A stretch of 43,060 bases of DNA from Trichinella spiralis (taxonomy: Eukaryota). Shown here piece after piece: positions 33,212-43,060 of this stretch. Where the stretch lies: positions 878,691 to 921,750 of the forward strand of contig NW_003526948.1 of NCBI RefSeq assembly GCF_000181795.1, written 5' to 3'. How positions within the stretch are numbered: the stretch's first letter is position 1; each line of letters opens with the position of its first letter. The position numbers and the translations under genes were made by a program. Under the pieces are notes generated by a model. It had not been told where the DNA came from, did no database searches, and saw only the letters and a program-made list of their open reading frames with translations.

Positions 33212-36128
33212 CAATGATATATTTGTTATTGGTTTTGCTTTAGCTTTCGCTGATTTTTTTTTTTGAATTGTGGTGATCTTTTCGAAACTGAACATTCTTT
33301 TTTCAGTCGAAAAAAGCTACAACTGACTTAGTGATCAATAATTAATAAGAAAATGTGTATGCTTTTTTAAATTACTGTTTTTTTTCTTTTTCTTCTTTTC
33401 TTGCTTTTGAATATTGAACTTTTCTTCAAGTGCTGTAGCAAATTGGGCGGGGAAAGAGGGGGAGGGGATTATTTGGTGTTGATTAATTTTTTTTTTCTTT
33501 TTATCAGGCGGTGTAAACCGTGCGGGGCAGAAGGGCGTCGGCTTGTCGACAAAAAAATCTGTACGAGGTGTTGGATCTGGACGAGATGCGATGGTCACGT
33601 CATTGTACTCTGCGCCCAATCGTGAAAGCACAGCTCACGCCGCTGACAGTATGACGAAGTCCATTACCATTGGTGAATCATCACGTATGTAGTTTTAAAT
33701 GTTATTTTTTGATTTGTTTATTGATTTTTTTTCATTTCGCTTAATTTATTTTATTCTACTGCTGCTGATTTTACAGGTTCGGTTTCGGCCAGAAACGTCC
33801 GGCAGAACAATTCGGCGTTATCTACCGATATGAAGCGTGTTGCACAGTCCGGGTCGAAAGCAGTTCACCGACGGGCTGTGGCCAATAGAACCTCTTTGAA
33901 TGTTGTTCCCGCGCAAAGTATGAATGGTCAAATTTTTATCACAGTCTGTTGTTCCGTTAATTTGTTTTTGCATCAGTGTTTTTTCTTCAATTTTAGCGCA
34001 CAGTTGTGTGTAATTTTTTTATTTATACTTTATCCAACTAAACAGAAGTTGTGCAGAAAATTTCCGCATGATCTGTATAATAGCTTAAACTAAATTTACT
34101 AAAAATTGCAAATTAAAAAATTGTGAATTTGTTTTCTTCTTTCTTTCAAATATTTGAATGATTGTTTTGTTACTTTTTAGCGAAAGTGGAAAGTGTTGGT
34201 ATTTCAAAACCGAGTGAAAATGCGAGTACTGCTGAATTACTGGACAGTACATGTGAGAACATCTTGTCGTTGACAGCGGAAAGTGTGAAAGAGAGTGATA
34301 TTCACGAATGGAATCTGAATGATCATACCGAGTGTGGCTTGACCAAGTCGCAAAGTGATGCCAGCATAATGGAAGAAACAGCACAAATGCAGGAAGAAAC
34401 GGATGAAAATGAAAGTAGTCTACTGTCAGCAACATCTCCATCTGTAGAATCTAAGACGGCTTCTTTTTTGGAATCTTCAGCAACATCTCCATCTGTAGAA
34501 TCGAGAACTGATTCTGTTTTGGAATCCGTTGGCAAAACGCCGACGGACCAAACTCGTTCAGTGGGAAAAGTGAATGGTGGTAATGAGGTGTCTGTTAATG
34601 TGAACGCGAAAGGCGTTAAGCTTTTAACTGAAGAAGAAGCTAAAGCAGCGTTAGCTGAAAAGCGTCGCCTCATAAGGGAACAGCGAAATTTGGAAATTTT
34701 GGAAAAAATGGAGCGGTAATTTTAATTATTTTAATTTCAATAAAGCAAAAACAATACGAAAGTTTAAAAACTCTTGTCCGTTATGGGTTTTTGCGTTGTT
34801 TGATTTAGAAGTAATGAAAGCATCAACAAGAAGGAGTCGGATGTCGAAGTAGAAGAAAAGCGCTTGGAAGAGAAGCTGGAGGATGTGGTTGAAATTTTAT
34901 TTGCGTGATAACTTTTTTCTTTTTAATTTTTTTGAATCTATTTCTTTTAGGAAAAGGTAGAGGATTTGACTCCGTCGGTGGAAGAGCAGCGTCAAGAAGT
35001 TCTGGAAAAGAAAGATACTGAACGCCGCCCGGACATTAAAAAGGTATCGAATTAGCACACAGTTGAGCATATTTTGTTTTATTTATTTAAGACGACTGTT
35101 AGTGTAATGTGAAATTATTGAATTTCAAAATAATGAATTTTATTTAAATTTGATTGACTGCTTTGCGCAGCATGTTCCTTTTTTACGGGTGTTTCTTTCT
35201 ATCTGGTGGGTAATTATTTTACTTCTTGAAAACAGTTTATCAAGTGTGAAAGTTCGCAATTTTTATTTGAATAACTTTATCGAAACATTTAAATGACTGC
35301 AAACATAAAAAAGAAAATAAACAGCGTTCTGTTTATACTTTTTTTTTCCAGAAAATAAATGAGATTTTGACTCGAGCTCGGATGGGATCTAAGGTTCTGG
35401 AAACACCGAAATCATCGGACGGTTGCGCAAGTTCGCTGCAGGAGAAGACTCCTAAGTCAGAGGTCTTGTGTGACAAGAATTCACGCTCCAATTCTTTAGC
35501 TGTTCTCGAAAAGTTGGCTACCAGTGGTCGCAGTATTGGGCCTTCGCTGGAAAATATTTTAAATCGTGTGCGCAGTCCGTTGATTTACGGAAGTAATAAT
35601 AGTATGGCAAATACTTTGAGTGTCAGTGCTGATTCCGGAGCATCTGAACAATCAAATTGCTCATTAAGCATCAATGGAGATGCTTCACAGTTCGGTGCTA
35701 GCGGTAATTTGATTTCTGAAAATGCTGATGCTAATTTTATTTATACTTCTGTTTATTTATTTTTTATTAATTAATTTCTTTATTCATTCATATTTATTGA
35801 TTATAATTTACATTTACACACCCACTTATTATTAGTGTCTACAAAGACGGCTGATGGGTCATTCGTCGTGGACGACAATGCCATTAATGTCAGTTATGAA
35901 GATGTGAAATCTGCCTCAAATGGTTGCGGAAAATCTGAGACGGACCAGTCCAAAGTGGTGAATAATTTCAAGTTAGTATTGGTGACTTTTCTGTTTGGAA
36001 ATGGTTGATCATTTTGTTCATTATTCAGGCAAATGGCGTCGGACGATGACTCTTCAGCGGATTTGCCTCTAACAACCACCACCACCACCTCTTCGGATGA
36101 CGTTATGAATGAAAATGCTAACGGATAA
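26832..36128 (+). CDS. MAP7 domain-containing / ensconsin-like microtubule-associated protein
   Basis: Exons 26832-26844, 27034-27078, 30740-30806, 32012-32340, 33508-33684, 33777-33917, 34181-34715, 34809-34884/34887, 34951-35043, 35352-35703, 35836-35971, 36029-36128 join in frame. An N-terminal charged coiled coil is followed by YVFGSSTPR (ensconsin-type motif), then MAP7-domain motifs TEEEAKAALAEKRRLIREQR and KKKINEILTRAR. The two 5' exons are less certain than the body. Confidence 0.85.
28515..28539. repeat. (TA)n microsatellite
   Basis: Directly visible; similar tracts occur near 189-204, 9781-9800 and 36206-36231. Confidence 0.9.
31314..31373 (+). repeat. Compound (TAG)n-(CAA)n-(CAG)n microsatellite, intronic
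   Basis: Directly visible. Confidence 0.85.
32410..32439 (+). repeat. (TAA)n microsatellite, intronic
   Basis: Directly visible; a complementary (TTA)n tract lies at 33179-33208 in the same intron. Confidence 0.9.
34426..34527 (+). repeat. Coding 51-bp tandem duplication in the MAP7-like gene
   Basis: Units 34426-34476 and 34477-34527 encode SATSPSVESKTASFLES and SATSPSVESRTDSVLES; the first 26 nt are identical. Confidence 0.9.
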
Positions 36129-36204
36129 AATTCCATTCAGCGTTTGGCATTGGCGAGATGCTGTAATTAATCTATTTAGTCATTTTAAAGTTCACCATGT
36201 GCTA

Positions 36205-36237
<33 letters not shown>

Positions 36238-37054
36238 TTTTTTTTTGCTCGTTGATCGCTTCTTGTGTGTTTTTGTAACATGCAACCTGTCGATATCTCG
36301 TATACCAACGTTAATGATATGTTTTCAGTTTAAAATATTCATTTACAAATTTATTTTTATGAAGTATTTATCACTGTGCAGACACGATCTGCTTTGAGAT
36401 GTTTTATTGCTTTGTTAATGTAATGTTGTTTCCAATTTTTAAAGTAAAAATTGCACATGGTCAATTGTTCTTATTTGTCATTTCGGTGATTCTGCGTCAG
36501 TGCGACGCATTACACTATACTTTTTGGGAAGCATAAAGCATAAGCTGCATGAATTTGCATACTATTTGGGCATCACGGTGTCGTGGCCCAGAAGCACACG
36601 GGCAGGACGATCCAGCGCCACGTTGTGTACGGGCCACTTCGAAAGACTTACGCTCGATGCGTACCGGGATTATCAGGCACTTCCATTTGTTCAACTTCAA
36701 CTAGCATTGAAACAGTTCAACTAAACTAACAAATCAGAAACTAGTTCAACAGCTTTGCACTGAAAAATTTGAATACTAGCACAAAGAACAAACTCCCCTG
36801 CTGTGCTCCGACACAGATTAACCGACCCGCTCTGCTCGCTCTTATGCGCTTCATCTCTTCAATTTGACGACGTCAACATTCGTTGTTAACCATCTAACTG
36901 AATTGAAAATGATGAATGTGAGGGCTGAAGTGCCGAACGTTCACCTCAAGACATTGTTGTTAAAGCATTCTTGTACGTTGGAAATGATCCGGCGAAAACA
37001 AAGCCACAACTGTGTTTTAAGTAATTTAAGCATGTTAGCAAATTATATTTTATC

Positions 37055-37083
37055 CATATCATATCATATCATATCATATCATA
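37055..37083 (+). repeat. (CATAT)n pentanucleotide repeat
   Basis: Directly visible. Confidence 0.9.
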
Positions 37084-40000
37084 CCATATTATTCTCCAGC
37101 TTACTGAAACTTGAACTGAAACCCCGAACTAAAAATTATAACTTCAACTATTAAATAAATTATTGCCTGATATAGTTTAAGTTCTTTCTTTTGCATTGTG
37201 ATAAATGAAAAATTAATAACGTCAAAACAGTTCTGTTTCAAAAAGTAAATACTTACTTTTGAATGCTATGCTGCAAAATTTTTATACGTCGGTTAGCTCA
37301 GTTTGTTTTTTTGCTAAAATTTTTAATAAATGAACTGAAACTATTACATTCATTAATCATAACAGCCATGCCAAGCTTACTAGCATTGTTATTTGTCTGC
37401 TAAACTATTCCTTGTAGACAATGTAACATCAACACACGATATGGTCGGCAGTTTATAAATGATTTTCCGTTTCACGTTTGGCAATTAGGCACCGAAAAAT
37501 ATTTGCATCCTTCAAAATCTACCTCCATACAAAGCTAGTATTTGAAATGACAAGTTATTCCCAAATGTTTTCACTGTAGTTGTTAAGAAGTTTCGAATAT
37601 TTGAAAACTGCAAGTAATTTCAAAGAATCTTCACTAACAACAGACCGTTGTGGACTTATTCGATTAACTACTGAATTAATCAACTGATCATGTTGAAAAT
37701 ATTTTTTCAATTTCGATCATTGCAAAAAGTTTTCGATATTTAACTAAATTTTGAAAGCATCGCAAAATAAAAGAAAAAAATAAATTCATAAATGCACTAC
37801 AATTTTATTGATAGCTAATGAATCATTCGGATTAGATTAGAATTCATTTCCATGAAGAAATAAAATGAGATATGGTCCAGTTCGGTCCCACTTTTCACTT
37901 ATTGGTCGTTGATCGCGCTAGTTCAGTGGGCCGCTAAGTCGTTGTCTTATTGGATTTCATTGTCTAATTGCTCATTGATTCAAATCATTCCCTTCTGATT
38001 ACCTGTAATATTTTTCCATTTCATTGGTTCAAATATTCCATTTGGGATTACGTAACTTCAATAGGTGTGACGTACCATTAACAACGGAAATATTTAATAT
38101 TCCAAAATTTTATTGTTCCCTTGAAGTTTCGTCATTCATTGAAATTTAGTTCATTTAAACGTATTATTTGTGCTGAAGTTTATACTTTTTCATGATCAGT
38201 ATTTCGGAAAATAATTTTCATCATTCTTCGCTATTTTATTGTACCAAAGTGACGTTACATCAAATGTGATAGTAACAAGGTCTAGTACCGATTGCAATCC
38301 TGATATATAAATCTGCTCCCACTGTTTGCAAATAAATTTGTTGCCTGTTGAAATTTATCAAGATTTGATGTTAACTTCCGCGTGTAATGTCAAAATACTG
38401 AATAATCTGTTTGAAAAATCTGGAATGTTGGAGCAACAATTCCAATTTTCAATTACAAATCTCACTAATGGTAACGTTACGTTTCAGCTCGCAATTTCAC
38501 TGAATTTTACGCATCATTTCACGCATATATGCCTTTGTCAAACATTGTACGCGTATCTCGTCACATCACAACGTTGGAAAAGGCCATTGTAATACAAAGA
38601 AAAATGCGCAACTGACAAATTGTTCACAGCTGCATCTTTTCAGCTAAACCAAAGCAAACAAATTTATTGATATATTAGGTGCAGATTGTAAACTTTCTAT
38701 TTCAGCATCTGAACGAAACCAAATTATACGTTGCTGAACACGTAAATAAAGTCAATTGTCATAATTTTTGGAGGAAAAATTATTCTCGAAAATTGTACAT
38801 TTTCATGGGATACACACTTGGTTGTTATTTCAAAAATCAGCGAAAAATTGATTTCAAAATTTGGAATTTTTTTGATAGTAATTATTTCATACTAATATAA
38901 TAAAGTGTTTTCTAGAGTTTCAAACCACAGTTTTCAGTAGTTGTGGAATAAATGGCCTCTAAAGATGGAATATAGTCTCTCTTAATACATGGGTACGGAT
39001 CGCACTTTTTTCTGCATATCTCGAGAAAGACGCAACCGGGAACCACCGGTATACGTTTGTTGTACTTTTCTTATCGTTTTCGACCGATTGATGATCATCG
39101 ATTCCATTTTGGATTCCAAAGTGTTTCCAGAAAATTGCAAAATTTCCTGAGCTATAGACTTGGTTGTGTATGTGAACATCAGAGAGCGTGCGTTTTTCGA
39201 AATTTAGAGATTTTTAGATTTCTAGACATTCACAATGAATACCGATAATGTCATGGAAAGTTCCATTGGAAACTATTTAATAGTTGTGCAATAAATAGAC
39301 TATAAATTTGTCTGCTGCCTACCTTAATGCATAGCGAATTTGCCCATCGGTAATTGTCTTCCAACGGCAACACTGACTACCAATTTCCGCACATGAGACA
39401 TTTCTGTTATTGAATCTATTAGATTTCTATTAATTTATCGTTTTTTTATGATCAATTGAATTGAATTTCTGAAATTATTGCCGTTAAATAATCATTAATT
39501 GCTGCAAATCAAATCGTCAGCGTTGTAAATGTTTACTTTGCGAAAAAGTAAACATATCATGGAAAACAGTCCTCGTTACCATCTTTCTGATTAATTAAGG
39601 TCCTGATTGATACCACATGTGTGGCTACTTGAATTTACTTTCGCTAAGTAACAACGATGCAGTGCCGATTTGCATAATTAGCATAATGTGTACTCGCCCA
39701 AAGTTGGAATTCATTACGAATGCTATGAAATTAAATGAATTCACAATTGATATTAAATTATTGGGCTCGTGCATGGTATTTGTTCGAATCTTTAGCGGAA
39801 TCCACCAGTATGTACAGTGAAGATTATTCTGAGCATCTGAGCAACTACGGCGAATTGTAAAGTGATTTGATTTTGAATGCAAACAAATGTGTGCCAATTA
39901 AAGGTAAATAAATTTTGAATAACCCGCAATCGATGTTTTTTTGAGAAATTTGATAAAGTTACCGGTATGAGCATTTGAAATTTATAGAATAAAAACAATA

Positions 40001-40409
40001 GGATATTGCACAGAACTAGCTTTCTAATGTGCTAATTTTTGATAATTTTTATCTCTGAATCGTAATAGTTATATAAAAATTCATTGTACAAAATTATAAT
40101 TTTTGAAAGTTACTGTTGTTTAAATGAAAATCAGGAATAATTCCTATTAAAATCGCTTCCAATTTTCGGGTGAAAATATTGATAGTTTTGATGTAAAAAT
40201 TACTGAAACGATTCCATTTGCACATTTATTTATCTTATATTTTCCATTCCTTTTTATTTCGACTCCATTAAAATCTTATTACAGTCTCACTTTTTTGAAA
40301 TATCTCAACAAATACCCAATAAGGAGGTGTCGGTATAATTTTATAATAATTGGCGAATAATTTTTTACCGATATAAATTAATTGCCTTAATTTTTGGAGA
40401 GAAAAAAAA

Positions 40410-40907
40410 NNNNNNNNNNNNNNNNNNNNNNNNNNNNNNNNNNNNNNNNNNNNNNNNNNNNNNNNNNNNNNNNNNNNNNNNNNNNNNNNNNNNNNNNNNN
40501 NNNNNNNNNNNNNNNNNNNNNNNNNNNNNNNNNNNNNNNNNNNNNNNNNNNNNNNNNNNNNNNNNNNNNNNNNNNNNNNNNNNNNNNNNNNNNNNNNNNN
40601 NNNNNNNNNNNNNNNNNNNNNNNNNNNNNNNNNNNNNNNNNNNNNNNNNNNNNNNNNNNNNNNNNNNNNNNNNNNNNNNNNNNNNNNNNNNNNNNNNNNN
40701 NNNNNNNNNNNNNNNNNNNNNNNNNNNNNNNNNNNNNNNNNNNNNNNNNNNNNNNNNNNNNNNNNNNNNNNNNNNNNNNNNNNNNNNNNNNNNNNNNNNN
40801 NNNNNNNNNNNNNNNNNNNNNNNNNNNNNNNNNNNNNNNNNNNNNNNNNNNNNNNNNNNNNNNNNNNNNNNNNNNNNNNNNNNNNNNNNNNNNNNNNNNN
40901 NNNNNNN
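40410..40907. other. Assembly gap
   Basis: Run of N. Confidence 1.
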
Positions 40908-41812
40908 TTTTCACTTCTTCTTTTCTTCATTGGTCATATCTGTAAGAATGGTTAATGTTAAATCAAAACTTTTCGCACTTTATTACACAGTGGAATTAAA
41001 AAACTGAACAAATAATTTAGAAAGGAAAGAAGTAACTGATTTTCAATTAAAGATAACCTTAACAAAATGATTATATATAGAGAGTTTCGAAAAAAAAAGT
41101 AACAACGAGAAAACTTTGAATACTTTCCACAATTAAAAACCGACTTCAGTAGTTACTTAACGCCAACGTTTGACGCTTGACGGTGCTGTTACTTGCCACG
41201 CAAGTCAAACAAACAAGCGCACCATTACTGATTGATGATAGAATAAAATGAATTTTCAAGCGATACTCATTTGTATACTGTAGCGATAGAAATCGGTTTG
41301 AGTTGATTGGAAAATTTTCTGGAGGAAGAATTAATTCTAACCGAACGCTATTTAATTAGGAAAATTGAAACCTCAAGCACAGCGAATGACCTACATAAAT
41401 GGAACTTATCGCATAATGTTTTCACTAAAATATAAGCACAATCGATGCGTATGCTGACAAACAAAGCTAATGTAACAAAAGATGTAATTTACGAAATGTC
41501 TCTGATGCTGTGAAATTTGAAAATATAAAGTGAAAAAAAGTTAATTAATTTTCAATCTTTCTAAAGATGAAGTCATACCTAATCTTAATATGAAAATTAA
41601 AAAAAACTGTTTTACACTGAAAAATATCTCACTCCATATACTACATACTACAAACTTGAATAATTTCATTAAACTAAGGAATAACTTCACCCTTTCGAAG
41701 TAATCCCTTAGCCTTGCTTACCGGATCCCACCAAGAAATGGCATTTACCTCTTGCCTTCTCTGGTCTGCTCGTGCCGTCGTGTTTTCACATTTTCTTGCT
41801 TCATTCTTTTAA

Positions 41813-41899
41813 NNNNNNNNNNNNNNNNNNNNNNNNNNNNNNNNNNNNNNNNNNNNNNNNNNNNNNNNNNNNNNNNNNNNNNNNNNNNNNNNNNNNNNN
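41813..41899. other. Assembly gap
   Basis: Run of N. Confidence 1.
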
Positions 41900-42332
41900 T
41901 ATCTGTTTGTTTGTATTACATTGCACATTTATCTTTTTTTTTAGAAAAATAAACTTTTTCATTAATAAAGAATTGCTGTTGTTGTTGCATTGTTCTTGAT
42001 TTATATTAAAAGAAAAAAATTTTTTTTCTTACTTTTAAATAGATTATTAATTTACATGTGTTACGTATATTATTTCATTTTCCCCCATTTTAACTGTTTT
42101 GTTTTTGTTCCTATAAACTAATTAATATTGCTGGCTGGCAACTAGTAATGGCAAACATGATTTTTCCCTTTTTAACTAATCCTACATGAGCATCATCGTT
42201 AAGAAATAACGCAGTATTGGTCTTTTGTTACGTCTGTGTATTGTGTCTTTGTATTTTTTTTGTAATGAAGAAGCTTTCCACACTCGACATCGCCAAATCG
42301 TATCTTCTCCAACGTGCCAATACTTACCTCAC

Positions 42333-42383
42333 TTGACCAACGAACGGAATTGACCAACGAACGCAACTGACCAACAAACGATT
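42333..42383 (+). repeat. 17-bp minisatellite, three copies (YTGACCAACRAACG...)
   Basis: ttgaccaacgaacggaa / ttgaccaacgaacgcaa / ctgaccaacaaacgatt. Confidence 0.85.
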
Positions 42384-43060
42384 CGATCCAACCTATCCAC
42401 AACCTTTCATCGATCTTGGCTTTCTCCACTTGTCTTCTTTCTTGTCCATGTGCATTCTTTTTCCATGGTTTGTTACGTGTTTACTTATTTGTATGCAATG
42501 CTTTTCATGTGTCAGAGGTTTTACAAAGTCAAACTCAAAATAAAAGAATCAGAGAAAAAATATTTGGAGAAATAAATTAAAAAAAACATGCAAATGTACA
42601 ATATAAGAAGAAAAAAGTGAAAATCAAAGAAATCAATAGAAATAATAGGAGAAATTAAAAAATGAATAAAACGTATAAAGTAAAGTAAAGAAAAGTAAAG
42701 TATGAACGAATAAAAAAATTGAAAAATAAAAATAAAATAAAAAGAATTTGCTATGGAAATGGTACAAAATGAAACTATTTAAAAAGAAGAAAAACAAAAA
42801 TTGCAAAATGAACAAAAATCAAAAATTATTTCGACACATGAAAGCAGTTGCATACATAAATTTTGCTGCGTGAAAGACCAAGTACTGCATTAATTCAAAA
42901 CTCAGCCATGTAGGTTGGTCGTTAACTTAATTACAACTATGGGATAACTTCGCCCTTTCGAAGTATCCCAGGCCCCAAAACCTAAAGAAATTGGGGTCCC
43001 AGGAACTTTTGTCTTTCTCTTGTTCCGGCTTCGGGGGGCCCCCCAACTGGTTCGGGGGGC

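Noticed and set aside
37290..37303. CGGTTAGCTCAGTT, tRNA A-box-like
   Set aside because: Runs straight into a T tract; no anticodon or T arm, so not a tRNA.
39207..39750. Weak inverted similarity (GIHCECLEI versus GIHYECYEI)
   Set aside because: Only ~25 nt of AT-rich sequence, needing gaps; flanks do not align.
40268..40945. Long ORFs in the ORF track
   Set aside because: Artefacts of reading through the N gap.
42320..42330. ATACTTACCT resembling the U1 snRNA 5' end
   Set aside because: The following sequence lacks the U1 stem-loops and Sm site.
42333..42383. CRISPR-like repeat
   Set aside because: Contiguous 17-bp units without unique spacers, in a eukaryotic context with no cas genes.

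Overview
AT-rich eukaryotic genomic DNA with many short (~50-90 nt) GT-AG introns and TTTCAG/TTTTAG acceptors, most consistent with a nematode, probably a Trichinella-like clade I species (inference). Four spliced protein-coding genes were reconstructed by hand, all on the + strand: (1) an HR3/NHR-23/ROR (NR1F) nuclear receptor, core exons 12836-15934, with ~10 kb of upstream/first-intron regulatory DNA; (2) a mitochondrial carrier homologue MTCH, 18564-20939; (3) SEC62, 22662-25299, with one GC-AG intron; (4) a MAP7/ensconsin-like microtubule-associated protein, 26832-36128. The most notable signals are a 7-nt first coding exon 8.3 kb upstream that gives the receptor a vertebrate RORB-like MRAQIE start; several other phase-compatible first exons; clustered RORE and FTZ-F1 sites suggesting a moulting-cascade feedback circuit; a recursive-splice-type AG/GTAAG junction and a candidate microexon in the MAP7 gene; and a candidate spliced antisense transcript with a GC-rich hairpin converging on the MAP7 gene. 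The last 2.7 kb has two assembly gaps and a twice-occurring lox/TOPO-like palindrome that is probably cloning-linker artefact. No rRNA, complete tRNA, CRISPR array or recognisable transposase was seen. All splice models and motif functions are unverified predictions.
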